From NCBI GenBank assembly GCA_017419715.1, contig JAFOKO010000069.1, positions 345 through 64,344 of the forward strand: a DNA stretch of 64,000 nt, in the 5' to 3' direction. The position numbers were made by a program, and so were the translations under genes. The notes beneath the pieces are model-generated. The model was not told the origin of the DNA, did no database searches, and saw nothing but the letters and a program-made list of their open reading frames with translations. The stretch is from Oscillospiraceae bacterium (GTDB lineage Bacteria > Bacillota > Clostridia > Oscillospirales > Oscillospiraceae). This document shows, piece by piece, positions 34,219 to 43,156 of the stretch (within the stretch, counting starts at the first letter, position 1; every line of letters begins with the position of its first letter).

Positions 34219-34691
34219 CCGCCCACCCACCTTTGCCGCGTCGGCGGGAGCTCCAAGTCCCGTTGCAGGATCTCCGATAAGGCAGTCTGTTCCTCGGCTG
34301 TCCAGCTTCCCCGGACGACAACTGCATCCGGCACAAAGGTTCCGGCCTCGGCCTCGCGGGCTGTTACCGTTGCTGTGATCTGCATGCCAAGCTCCTCCCC
34401 CCTGTCCTCGATCCACGCCGCCGTTTGCTCCTCCACCAGGCCGCGCAAGATGGCGTTATTCTTCTCCCTTGCAAGCTCTTCCCGTTCCGGCCTGCTCAAG
34501 CCTGTAACCAGGTCCGGCAGGCGGCTCAGATCCACCTGCAGCAGGGGACGGAGGGCTGTGAGAATCAGCAGGCAGCCGCCGCACAGAGACAAGGCTTTGC
34601 TTGCCCGTTTGCCGTGCAATAGCGCACTGCACAGGCTCACGAAAAACCCGCAAAAGACAAGGCGCAAGATATAGCTTTTGAAAGCTGTCAT
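34215..34691 (-). CDS. spoIIIAF: Stage III sporulation protein AF.
   Basis: 158 aa from the ATG at 34689-34691 (MTAFKSYILRLVFCGFFVSL...). Two N-terminal TM segments. The 509-aa track ORF is an out-of-gene extension across spoIIIAE. Confidence 0.75.
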   Translation of the reverse strand: MTAFKSYILRLVFCGFFVSLCSALLHGKRASKALSLCGGCLLILTALRPLLQVDLSRLPDLVTGLSRPEREELAREKNNAILRGLVEEQTAAWIEDRGEELGMQITATVTAREAEAGTFVPDAVVVRGSWTAEEQTALSEILQRDLELPPTRQRWVGG

Positions 34692-35773
34692 AGGTTCACC
34701 GTCCGAATACAGAGTACAAGGGTCATCAGCGCCAGCAGGCAGGCGATGGCGCTCAGGGCAAGCATCAGGCCAAGCGCCTGGGAGAGTTTTTCCAGCAGCG
34801 GACTCTGGCTGCCCTTGCCGAAGAGGCTGCACAGGCCCGCGGCCAGGCGCAACAGCAAATACTGCAGGCCCATCCGAACGAATGGCGCAAAGCAAATGCC
34901 AAACACCGCCAGCATGCCGTACAGCCCTATCCCGGTCCGAAGTTGCGACGCCACACTGATCAAGGAGGCGGACGCCTCCGAAACAATGTTCCCCACCACA
35001 GGCACCATCCCCGCAATGGCAGAGCGGACCGACCGAAGCTTTTGCCCGTCCACTGCCCCGGAGATCAATCCCGTGAAGGACATGATCGCGGCATAGGCCC
35101 ACATCAGCAGCTTGACCCCCGTCACCAGCAGCCATTTGAGATAATCCCGAAAGCCGGACAATTGCATCAATCCAAGAGCAGCTTCCGCCACGCTGAGCAG
35201 CAGAAACAGATACAGCAGCGGCACGAGCAGACCGGAGGTCAAAGACAGGAGCAGTTGCAGCAAAACCATTCCAAGCCCGGAAACAGCGGAAGCACGCAAG
35301 CTGCCCGATGAAGCCATCAAAGTGCCCATGCCTGGCAGGAGCAGCGCGCAATAGTTCTGCAGCGCCCGGATCGTCTCCGTCCCAAGCGCGATCATAGAGC
35401 CCAGTGGGCGCACGCAGGCTGCAGCAATGGTCAAGCCCCCCACCAGTGGAACGGCCGATTTTCCCCGAGGGCAGTCCTCCAGTAAGGCGCAGAACAGGGC
35501 GGAAGCCAGGATCAAGCCAAGGGTGCGAAGACCGTCCCCAAAGCCAAGCTCGTCGATCTGCCCCAGCGTTTTCCCAAGCATGGAGAGCAAACGCGCACCG
35601 AAGCCACTCACCGTGCCTTCGTAGGGACCGATCTCGTCCACAAGCTCCGCAGACAGGCCCTGTTCCGGGTCGATCCCTTCCTCCAAAGCTGATCGCAGAT
35701 CCGACGCTTCTGCCCGAAGGGGCAGCACAGAAAGCATCATCCAAACCACACAGAAGCTTGCAAGGATTCTCAT
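34688..35773 (-). CDS. spoIIIAE: Stage III sporulation protein AE.
   Basis: 361 aa from the ATG at 35771-35773 (MRILASFCVVWMMLSVLPLRAEA, a signal-like sequence), followed by a polytopic membrane domain. It has 4-nt overlaps with both neighbours. Confidence 0.8.
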   Translation of the reverse strand: MRILASFCVVWMMLSVLPLRAEASDLRSALEEGIDPEQGLSAELVDEIGPYEGTVSGFGARLLSMLGKTLGQIDELGFGDGLRTLGLILASALFCALLEDCPRGKSAVPLVGGLTIAAACVRPLGSMIALGTETIRALQNYCALLLPGMGTLMASSGSLRASAVSGLGMVLLQLLLSLTSGLLVPLLYLFLLLSVAEAALGLMQLSGFRDYLKWLLVTGVKLLMWAYAAIMSFTGLISGAVDGQKLRSVRSAIAGMVPVVGNIVSEASASLISVASQLRTGIGLYGMLAVFGICFAPFVRMGLQYLLLRLAAGLCSLFGKGSQSPLLEKLSQALGLMLALSAIACLLALMTLVLCIRTVNL

Positions 35774-36156
35774 AGCAGTTCCTCGATCAACGCAAGGATC
35801 GCCTGCAGCAGCGGTAGGCTTACCACAAGGCAGAGCAGACTGCCGCCCAGCTCCGCCAGCTTGGCAAGCGCGGACTGGCCCGCATCTGCGCAGACGGAGG
35901 AAGTGAGCTCCGTTAGCAATCCAAGACCAAGGCATTTCCAAAGCGGGGCGATCAGCTTGTCCTCCAGCTCTGCCTTGGCAGCAAGGGAAGCGGCCAGAGA
36001 CAGGACCGGATCCAGATAGGAAAAGAGCAGACTGGCACCAAGCGCGCAGGCGGCAAGGGTCAAAACCAGGCTCAACTCGGGGCTCTGCTTTTTCAACACC
36101 AGGGTCAATAAGGTCGCCGTCAATAGTATGGCGGAAAGGCGAAAAGAAGTATCCAT
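35770..36156 (-). CDS. spoIIIAD: Stage III sporulation protein AD.
   Basis: 128 aa, small polytopic membrane protein in the expected operon position. Confidence 0.78.
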   Translation of the reverse strand: MDTSFRLSAILLTATLLTLVLKKQSPELSLVLTLAACALGASLLFSYLDPVLSLAASLAAKAELEDKLIAPLWKCLGLGLLTELTSSVCADAGQSALAKLAELGGSLLCLVVSLPLLQAILALIEELL

Positions 36157-36350
36157 CAGAAATGAAACAGGTCCTTGACCAGAGCAAATAGCTCTGCAAT
36201 TTTCTCCACCACGATCATCAGCACCACAACCAGGCCTGCCAGGGTCGTCATCGTCGCCTGCTCCTCCCGCCCCGAGCGGACCAGGACCTGGTTGAGGATG
36301 GAGATAATGATCCCCATTGCAGCAATTTTAAAAATCAGATCAATATCCAT
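36156..36350 (-). CDS. spoIIIAC: Stage III sporulation protein AC.
   Basis: 64 aa, two TM segments. IFKIAAMGIIISILNQVL.RSGREEQA....LAG..VVL is typical of SpoIIIAC. Confidence 0.82.
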   Translation of the reverse strand: MDIDLIFKIAAMGIIISILNQVLVRSGREEQATMTTLAGLVVVLMIVVEKIAELFALVKDLFHF

Positions 36351-36865
36351 CAGAGCACCAACACCAGCACAGCCGCTCCAGCCGTCAAGCCCAGCACCTC
36401 GTAGGTCCTGCAGCGTCCCTCCATTTGCCCGGAGAGCTCTCCCGAGAGGGCCGCCAGCTCCTCCGAGGCCAGGTGGATCTGCCGAAGCTGCCCCTCTCGG
36501 TCAAAGCGGCCAAATCCGTCAAACAGTCGTTCCAAAGCGAGGCGGGCCGAGGACGGCAACAGCATCCCAGCCTCCGCGCAGGCCCGGCAGGTCAAGCCTT
36601 CCGGCGCAAAATCCGGCTTTTCGCCTTCCCGCGCCAGGACCTCAAAAAATCGGCGAACCGCTTCCGTTCTCCCCTCTCCCGCCCGGCGGCAGAGCGGCAC
36701 GAAGGGGGGCGCTGCAAAAGAGATCTCCCCCGCAATCAGCTCCAGCGCCGCAGCAAGCTCCCGAAGCGTTTCATGCGTCTGCCGCAGACGCAAGGCAGCA
36801 TGAAAGCCTGCCCAAAGGGACGCCGCCAGGATCAGTCCCGCCCCTGCTATTTTGCAGTAATCCAT
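36350..36865 (-). CDS. spoIIIAB: Stage III sporulation protein AB.
   Basis: 171 aa with an N-terminal TM (KIAGAGLILAASLWAGF), in the expected operon position. Confidence 0.72.
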   Translation of the reverse strand: MDYCKIAGAGLILAASLWAGFHAALRLRQTHETLRELAAALELIAGEISFAAPPFVPLCRRAGEGRTEAVRRFFEVLAREGEKPDFAPEGLTCRACAEAGMLLPSSARLALERLFDGFGRFDREGQLRQIHLASEELAALSGELSGQMEGRCRTYEVLGLTAGAAVLVLVL

Positions 36866-37745
36866 CGTTCATCCTTTCCCATGCAATGCTCCGATCCGGA
36901 AGGATCAGTGCGAGGTTTTCAAACACACGCGTCTTCAGAAGTTGACGGTAAAGCGGGCGGGCGGTAAGCTCCGCAAAGGAAGCAGCGTGCGCCGTGGCCA
37001 GAAAGCGAACGCCGCAATAGGCCGCCTGCTCCATGCACGATATATCGGCAGAAGCTGTGATCTCATCCAGGGCGATCCACTGGGGCGCCATCGTTCGCAC
37101 CAGCTGCTCGATGCCTGCAGCCTTTGGAAATCCGGTCAACACATCCGTGTGCTGTCCTACATTCAGCTGTGGGACGCCATTTCGGCAGGCAGCCAGCTCG
37201 CCTCGCTCATCCACCACGCCCACCCGCTGCCCAAAGCGATCTGAGCTTTGCCGGATCAGATCTCGGAGCACCGTTGTTTTTCCCGCCCCGGGCGGGCCCA
37301 GGATCAGCGTGGACGCCGGATGGTTCTGAATATGGAGCGCAAGGGCGTCGGCGCAGCCGTTTCGTTCCCCAGCAAGACGCACAGCCAGGGATTGATAGCA
37401 GCGGACTGTCTTGATCGTGCCATTTTCCACAGAGGCTGTCCCGCACAGGCCCAGACGGTGTCCGCCGCTCAAAGTCAAATAGCCCCTCCGAAGCTGCTCC
37501 TGCACCGCATAGGCCGCATTCCCCGACGCTCTTCGGACGATCTCTTCCAGTAGCTCCGGCGTGACCCGGGGCAGATTTTGTCCTCCCAAGCTCAGCTCCC
37601 GTCCGGCCATCCTCCAGCTTGCGGGAAATCCCGTTCGAAACCGAAGCTCCTCTACCCGGCCGCCTCGTTCTTCCAATAGCTTTTTCACTGCTTGCCGCAT
37701 GGGTTCCGGAAACAGCTCCGGAACTGTCTGCAATCGTTTGTCCAT
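36771..37745 (-). CDS. spoIIIAA: Stage III sporulation protein AA (AAA-type secretion ATPase-like).
   Basis: 324 aa. Walker A: ILGPPGAGKTTVLRD. Walker B-like: WIALDEI. The C-terminal ~31 codons overlap the spoIIIAB start in another frame. Confidence 0.85.
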   Translation of the reverse strand: MDKRLQTVPELFPEPMRQAVKKLLEERGGRVEELRFRTGFPASWRMAGRELSLGGQNLPRVTPELLEEIVRRASGNAAYAVQEQLRRGYLTLSGGHRLGLCGTASVENGTIKTVRCYQSLAVRLAGERNGCADALALHIQNHPASTLILGPPGAGKTTVLRDLIRQSSDRFGQRVGVVDERGELAACRNGVPQLNVGQHTDVLTGFPKAAGIEQLVRTMAPQWIALDEITASADISCMEQAAYCGVRFLATAHAASFAELTARPLYRQLLKTRVFENLALILPDRSIAWERMNDGLLQNSRGGTDPGGVPLGRLSCCLASAADA

Positions 37746-37762
37746 CCTTCATCACCTGGAAC

Positions 37763-37789
37763 AGCGTATGAACGGAACACAAAAATATT
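37763..37789 (-). promoter_or_regulatory. Possible sigma-E-type (mother-cell) promoter for spoIIIA.
   Basis: Minus strand: AATATT (37784-37789), 13 nt, CATACGCT (37763-37770). This resembles the ATATT...CATACA-T pattern. It lies ~18 nt upstream of the spoIIIAA ATG region and overlaps the T-tract of the secF terminator. Confidence 0.35.
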
Positions 37790-37823
37790 CCCGTCCAGAT
37801 CGCATTTGCGATCTGGACGGGAA
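37788..37823 (-). terminator. Rho-independent terminator after secF.
   Basis: 16-bp perfect stem: TTCCCGTCCAGATCGC with GCGATCTGGACGGGAA, 4-nt loop. On the minus strand it is followed by TATTTTTGTGTT. Confidence 0.8.
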
Positions 37824-37842
37824 TTGATCGGTAGGAGTGAAC

Positions 37843-38751
37843 TTAGCGCCGAACCTTTCCGCCGTTGAACTTGTTCCACAGAGGACCGGAGATGCAGACA
37901 GAGGAGTAGCAGCCGCAGACAATGCCGATGCAGATGGGCAGGGCAAAGTTCCGGATGGAGCTAACGCCAAGGATCAGCAGCATGACCATCACGATCAGCG
38001 TGGTGATGGTCGTGTTGATAGAACGGGTCATAGTCTCCCAGATGGAGGTATCTATAATATCGCCGAAGTTACCGGTGCGCATGGTCTTGCGGTTCTCGCG
38101 GACCCGGTCGAAGACCACGATGGTCGCATTGATGGAGTAGCCCAGGATGGTCAATGCAGCGGCGATGAAGTTGATGTTGAAGGGAATGCGGAAGATCACA
38201 TACATGCTCAGCATGACCAGCAGATCATGCACCAGCGCGCAGACGGCAGCGAGGCCGGACCGGAACTCGAAGCGGAACGCAATGTAGAGCAGGATCAGTA
38301 GCACAGCGACCAGAGATGCCATAAAGGCCGCTTTGGACAGGTCCTTGCCGACGGAAGCGGAGACGCGCTCGACCTGGAAGCCATTCTGGATATTCACATT
38401 GTAGGCTTCCGCAATGCCGTTTTGAACGGCTTCCACCTGTTCGTCCGTCAATTCCACGGCCTTGATGCGCAGGCCGTTCGTGCCGGAAGAGGTCACAGAG
38501 GAAGCTGTCTTGCCGGTCACTTCTGCAAAAATCTCGCCGGCGCGGTCCGTGACCGTCTTGTCCACCGTCACAGGCAGCTGGAATTCGAAAGTGGTGCCAC
38601 CTACGAAGTCGATGTCAAAGTTGAACAGGCCAGAGACGCCGCAGACCGTCAAGATCAAGCTAACTAAGCCGACAGAAACCATAATCAGAGAAATAATGCC
38701 GAACAGCTTAAAATGCTTTGCAAAGCTAAATTCCCTATTCTTTTCAATCAT
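37843..38751 (-). CDS. secF: Protein translocase subunit SecF.
   Basis: 302 aa. FNFDIDFVGGT...six TM segments...HDLLVMLSMYVIF. Confidence 0.9.
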   Translation of the reverse strand: MIEKNREFSFAKHFKLFGIISLIMVSVGLVSLILTVCGVSGLFNFDIDFVGGTTFEFQLPVTVDKTVTDRAGEIFAEVTGKTASSVTSSGTNGLRIKAVELTDEQVEAVQNGIAEAYNVNIQNGFQVERVSASVGKDLSKAAFMASLVAVLLILLYIAFRFEFRSGLAAVCALVHDLLVMLSMYVIFRIPFNINFIAAALTILGYSINATIVVFDRVRENRKTMRTGNFGDIIDTSIWETMTRSINTTITTLIVMVMLLILGVSSIRNFALPICIGIVCGCYSSVCISGPLWNKFNGGKVRR

Positions 38752-38767
38752 GTTGACGCCTCCTTTC

Positions 38768-40078
38768 TTACACGCAGTAAAGCTTGGGATTGGTGATCTT
38801 CAAGCCAACGGCAGTCTTGAGCAGGATCTTGGTCATGACCAGCATCACCAGCATGGACAGGGCAACGCCGATCAGCAGCGTCGTCGCAAAACCGAGGATG
38901 GTGCCGGAGCCCTGCCACAGCAGGACAAAGCCCGCGATCATGGTGGTCACATTGGCGTCCACGATGGCCAGCAGCGCGCGCTTGTAACCGGACTCCACTG
39001 CAAAGCGGAGGGTCTTGCCCATGCGCAGTTCTTCCTTGATGCGCTCGAAAATAATAACATTGGCGTCCACTGCCATACCGACAGTCAAAATGATGCCCGC
39101 GATACCAGGCAGGCTGAGGTTCACATGGAACAGGGAGATCGCCACCGCAAAGAGTGCGCCGTAGGTCACCAGGGCCACACAGGAGATGACGCCCATCAAA
39201 CGGTAAACGACGATCATAAAGAGCATGACCAAAACCAGGCCGATCAGTCCGGCCATCAGGCTGGTAGACAGGCTCTTTTCACCCAGGGATGCGCCAATGG
39301 TCTGCTGCTTTGCTGTCATCAGTTCGAAGGGCAGTCGGCCAGCGGAAATGATGTTGGCCAAATAGCGTGCCTCGTCCTCCGCGTTCTCGGCATTGACCGT
39401 AATAATGACGGAATCATTATCCAGCGTAGAATTGACATAGGGTGCGCTGATCTGCTCACCGTCGAGCTGGATCGCAAGATAGTTCTTGCCGTCGGTGCGG
39501 GCAAGGACCTTCACAGAAGCCTCGTACAGCTTCTTGCGGCCTTCAGCCGTAAGGTCCAGTCGCACATGGGGACGAAGGATACCGGTGGAATCCGTCGCGG
39601 TGTTTTCATACTCCGCGTCGGCGATCTCAGCGCCGGTCAGCCAGACAGTCCCGTCGGCATCCACAAAGCTGACCACAGCCGTGCGGCCCAGCTGCTGGAC
39701 GGCACTCTCGGGGTCCTCGACGGAGGGGATCTCCACCACGAGACGGCGCTCACCGGAAACATAGCAGGAAGCCTCGGTGTAGCCCAGGGAGTCCAGACGC
39801 TGCTGCAGCATCGTGCGGGCCACTTCCATTCCTTCGGGCAGCTCCGCTTCGTCATAGTCGGCAGGGATCACGGCCTCATAGGTGATTTCGGAACCGCCCA
39901 CGAGGTCCAGACCAAGGACCACGCCTTTGGACACCGGCTCGATCACATAGTCAACGGAAGGCTCGCCGGTCGCTTCATCGGTTTTCGCGTTTTCGAAGTA
40001 GATCCCGTGAATTGCAGAGAACAGCAGGCCCGCCACCACAAGAACAACGATTACAAGCGTGATAACGGATTTTTTCAT
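38768..40078 (-). CDS. secD: Protein translocase subunit SecD.
   Basis: 436 aa. LGLDLVGGSEITYEA...SLPGIAGIILTVGMAVDANVIIFERIKEE. Confidence 0.9.
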   Translation of the reverse strand: MKKSVITLVIVVLVVAGLLFSAIHGIYFENAKTDEATGEPSVDYVIEPVSKGVVLGLDLVGGSEITYEAVIPADYDEAELPEGMEVARTMLQQRLDSLGYTEASCYVSGERRLVVEIPSVEDPESAVQQLGRTAVVSFVDADGTVWLTGAEIADAEYENTATDSTGILRPHVRLDLTAEGRKKLYEASVKVLARTDGKNYLAIQLDGEQISAPYVNSTLDNDSVIITVNAENAEDEARYLANIISAGRLPFELMTAKQQTIGASLGEKSLSTSLMAGLIGLVLVMLFMIVVYRLMGVISCVALVTYGALFAVAISLFHVNLSLPGIAGIILTVGMAVDANVIIFERIKEELRMGKTLRFAVESGYKRALLAIVDANVTTMIAGFVLLWQGSGTILGFATTLLIGVALSMLVMLVMTKILLKTAVGLKITNPKLYCV

Positions 40079-40198
40079 TCTTCTTTCTTACCTCCTAATG
40101 TGGATTCTACGGTATTATACAACAAAGTGGCTAATCAGTCAACAAAAAAATACCAAACACCCAGACACAAGGCGCAAAAGAACCGTACCCTGCTGCAA

Positions 40199-40240
40199 AA
40201 CGGGCTTGCGAATGGTTTTTCTTCCATCGCAAACCCGTTG
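40199..40240 (-). terminator. Candidate terminator after the ECF S-component gene.
   Basis: Imperfect 16-17-bp stem (AACGGGCTTGCGAATGG with CCATCGCAAACCCGTT). The minus-strand tail is TTTTGC. The U-tract is weak. Confidence 0.45.
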
Positions 40241-40250
40241 TTGTCTTTGA

Positions 40251-41177
40251 TTATGATTCGCTCTTTCTTGCTTTTCCGACGCCGATCATCGTCGTGCCGC
40301 CCACAAAGGCAACGACGGAGAAGATCGCCATGACCAGGTAACGCATGCCGAGCGCGGCGTTTGTATCATATAAAGTGCTTCCGGCAAGAATGCCCGCCTG
40401 CTCCGCCTCTCCGGACGCCGTTTCAATCGTTGTTTTTACTGCGACAGCGATCGCGTTTTGCGCGGCGTCGTTCCAGGCATTTTTCATCAGGATCACGGCA
40501 AAAATCGCAAAACCAAGGCCGACCACAGCCAACGCGCCGCCATAGACCATCAGCGAAGTATTCTTGTCGACGGAGAAGCCGAGGATCAACGCGATCGCGG
40601 GGGCAAGAACCACATTGATGCCAAGCTCCACCAGAAAATTCGCGCCCACGAGGAAGGTAAGCACATAAGAGACTGTCGATGTGGCATCAGTTCCCTGTGC
40701 CCACAATGTAAGCGTATCCCAGAAGAAAAGCCGACAACCAATCAGAAAAATGCCGGTATTCACGACGGGGCAAACCAGAGCAGCAAGCACAACGGCCGCA
40801 TACTTGTTGAACTTTGCCACAAGCCGATAGATCAGGCCGGAAAGCAGACCGGCAAACACGCCCTTGGCAATCACGGTGATAATTGTTCCTGCAACATTGA
40901 CCGCAAAAAATGCGCCCGCATCGCCCGACAGCAGGATCACCATGGCGTTGACAAAGCCGAACCACGCGCCGTACCAAACCCCAAGCATGGCCGCGCCGAT
41001 GACGATGGGGACCAGGGCCAAGTTGATGTTGAAAACACCAAAACGAATGGCTGTGCCGAGCAGGGCAAGGACGACCACAACTGCTGTTAGCATAGCTGCC
41101 AGAGTTAGCTTGCGAATCTGTTCCTTCCCGGTTTTGCGGCCGCCCATGCCGACCGCTGGTTTGGATGCTTGAATCAT
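40251..41177 (-). CDS. ECF-transporter S-component-like membrane protein with extra C-terminal TM segments (substrate unknown).
   Basis: Start moved to MIQASKPAVG (ATG 41175-41177, GAAAGGGAAG RBS), because the track start at 41252 lies inside the promoter. The hydrophobic core pattern is LTLAAMLTAVVVVL...NINLALVPIVIGAAMLG... Confidence 0.55.
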   Translation of the reverse strand: MIQASKPAVGMGGRKTGKEQIRKLTLAAMLTAVVVVLALLGTAIRFGVFNINLALVPIVIGAAMLGVWYGAWFGFVNAMVILLSGDAGAFFAVNVAGTIITVIAKGVFAGLLSGLIYRLVAKFNKYAAVVLAALVCPVVNTGIFLIGCRLFFWDTLTLWAQGTDATSTVSYVLTFLVGANFLVELGINVVLAPAIALILGFSVDKNTSLMVYGGALAVVGLGFAIFAVILMKNAWNDAAQNAIAVAVKTTIETASGEAEQAGILAGSTLYDTNAALGMRYLVMAIFSVVAFVGGTTMIGVGKARKSES

Positions 41178-41230
41178 TTTCTTCCCTTTCTGCTGCTGTT
41201 CCGCCCTATCGTCGGATACAGCGCTTGCGT

Positions 41231-41259
41231 AATATACCATACTTGTATTCAAATGTCAA
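41231..41259 (-). promoter_or_regulatory. Sigma-A promoter for the ECF S-component gene.
   Basis: Minus strand: TTGACA (41254-41259), 17 nt, TATATT (41231-41236). Confidence 0.6.
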
Positions 41260-41262
41260 TCG

Positions 41263-41299
41263 GAAAGAAAAAAAATCTCCGCCATTTCTGGCGGAGATT
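41263..41299 (-). terminator. Rho-independent terminator after rpsU.
   Basis: 11-bp stem: AATCTCCGCCA with TGGCGGAGATT, 4-nt loop. On the minus strand it is followed by TTTTTTCTTTC. Confidence 0.85.
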
Positions 41300-41324
41300 C
41301 GTTTGTTTTTGAAAAACAGGAAAA

Positions 41325-41507
41325 TCAGAAGCCTCTTCTCTTGTTCTTGCGGGCAGCCTCGCTCTTCTGCTTCCGCTTCAAGCTGGGGCTGACATAATGC
41401 TCACGCTTGCGAACTTCCTGCTGGATGCCCGCCTTCTGGCAGCTCCGCTTAAAGCGCTTCAGAGCATTCTCCAAGGACTCGTTTTCCTTGACCTTGATCT
41501 CAGACAT
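41325..41507 (-). CDS. rpsU: 30S ribosomal protein S21.
   Basis: 60 aa. [45 protein letters not shown]. Confidence 0.93.
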   Translation of the reverse strand: MSEIKVKENESLENALKRFKRSCQKAGIQQEVRKREHYVSPSLKRKQKSEAARKNKRRGF

Positions 41508-41578
41508 TGATTTCCCTCCCTCCGACGCGCCCGGTTCGATCCTTGACGCTTTCAGGGCCTTTTTTAAAAGGCGTAGTT

Positions 41579-41607
41579 ATTATACAGGTCATTTTGTCAA
41601 ATGTCAA
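41579..41607 (-). promoter_or_regulatory. Consensus sigma-A promoter for rpsU.
   Basis: Minus strand: TTGACA (41602-41607), 17 nt, TATAAT (41579-41584). It is ~70 nt upstream of the rpsU ATG. Confidence 0.7.
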
Positions 41608-41687
41608 GGGTAAAAACATTATTTTTTAAGGTTTTTATACCGATATGCTGCAAAAGCCAGAGAATTATGTTTCCTTGCCGCATCGGG

Positions 41688-43145
41688 TCAATTTGCTTCC
41701 GGCCGCTCCGGCAGATCGGCATCTGTGCGGATCGCTTTCATTTCCCGCTTCATCTGATACATGATCTGATCGGCGCGTTTGTACACATCGTTTACGCCGC
41801 TGTCTGTCTCGGGGTCGTAAAGCGCGATCCCGATGGCTGCTGAGACATGGTTCCAAGGCTCGTCCTCGGCCCGATAATCCGGCGTGATCTGATCCAGAAA
41901 GCGCTTTTGCTGGGCCTCAGCCTTGTAATAGTCCGGTCCGCGCAAAATGACAGCAAACTCATCTCCTCCCACCCGGAATACCTGGGAATGGGTAAAGACG
42001 GAGCACAGGATGCGAGAAAGCTTGCGCAACGCCTCGTCTCCCTTTTCATGGCCGAAGGTATCGTTCATCCGTTTCAGATAGTTCAAATCGACCATTGCCA
42101 GACCAAAGCGAAGCGCTCTGTCTTTTTGCAACGCCTGCTCCAGCTTTTGGAGCTCCATCTGGCAGGCGTTCTTGTTGCGGATCCCTGTCAAGGTATCCGC
42201 AACAGCCAGTTCACTCATTTGATCCACCAGCTCGCGCATATTTCTGGTCTTTTCCTCCGCTGAAAGGATCTCCGTGACATAGTTCTGCATATCCTGTGTC
42301 ATCTGTGTGATCGCGGTGGACAGGGATTTTAATTCGTTGTCCACACGGATCTCCGGCGCTTCAAAGCTCAGCGCCTCCAGGTCATGCTGCCCGTGGCTTC
42401 TCGCAGCAAAGTCCACAACGCCCTTTTCCAGCTGCTGGATCGGTTCCGTGACATTATGCTTTGCCCAGGTCAAAAACGCAATGGTAAACAGCAAGCTCAG
42501 AACCAGGATGACAATAAAGTTTTTGATAAACTGTGACAGCAGCTCGGAACTGATCTCTGTGATATCGACATCGACCCCCATGATCGCATAGGATTCCCCC
42601 GCCGCGTCCTTCAGTGGGATCGCCCCGGTATAATCATAGCCCCAGGCGGTTTTCGACTCAAAGAATTCGACCTCACCCGCATCGTGCTGCATGATCTCAA
42701 AATACTTCTCTACCGTTTTGATCTCAAATTCATCCTCAGAGATCCAGCCCAGATAGAGATTTCCCTCGGAATTCTCATATCGGTTAGAGTCACCCTTGGC
42801 GGAGAACACACACATGACATTCCCCGTCTCATTGAGATTCAGCGGTTTATCGACATAGAGGTAGTGAATGTTGTAGCTGTTCATGATCTCGTCCATAAAG
42901 CGGAGCGTCCGCTGGTAGCTTGGGCTCTCCACGCCGGTCTCGATGCAGTGCTTCACATCCTCATCGTCGATCTGTGTTTCCAGAAAATGCAGCAGGTCGG
43001 AAATATAGGCCTCATAGCGCGTAAACAGGGCTTTCTTTTCATTGAAATAGTTCAAAACACTCAATACAAGGCAAAGGATCGCCGCAAAGAGAACGCAGCC
43101 GTATGCGACGCTTTTTTTCAGAGGCCTTTTCTTGAGGTTTTTCAT
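41688..43145 (-). CDS. Sensor diguanylate cyclase: TM, extracytoplasmic sensor domain, TM, HAMP-like linker, GGDEF.
   Basis: 485 aa. LTGIRNKNA...MVDLNYLKRMNDTFGHEKGDEALR...FRVGGDEFAVIL. There are two hydrophobic segments at ~aa 15-35 and ~205-225. Confidence 0.85.
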   Translation of the reverse strand: MKNLKKRPLKKSVAYGCVLFAAILCLVLSVLNYFNEKKALFTRYEAYISDLLHFLETQIDDEDVKHCIETGVESPSYQRTLRFMDEIMNSYNIHYLYVDKPLNLNETGNVMCVFSAKGDSNRYENSEGNLYLGWISEDEFEIKTVEKYFEIMQHDAGEVEFFESKTAWGYDYTGAIPLKDAAGESYAIMGVDVDITEISSELLSQFIKNFIVILVLSLLFTIAFLTWAKHNVTEPIQQLEKGVVDFAARSHGQHDLEALSFEAPEIRVDNELKSLSTAITQMTQDMQNYVTEILSAEEKTRNMRELVDQMSELAVADTLTGIRNKNACQMELQKLEQALQKDRALRFGLAMVDLNYLKRMNDTFGHEKGDEALRKLSRILCSVFTHSQVFRVGGDEFAVILRGPDYYKAEAQQKRFLDQITPDYRAEDEPWNHVSAAIGIALYDPETDSGVNDVYKRADQIMYQMKREMKAIRTDADLPERPEAN

Positions 43146-43156
43146 ATCAAACGATC

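Noticed and set aside
41178-41259. Possible riboswitch upstream of the ECF S-component gene.
   Set aside because: With the TTGACA-17-TATATT promoter at 41231-41259, the leader is only about 45-50 nt. That is too short for known vitamin riboswitches, and no conserved aptamer motif is seen.
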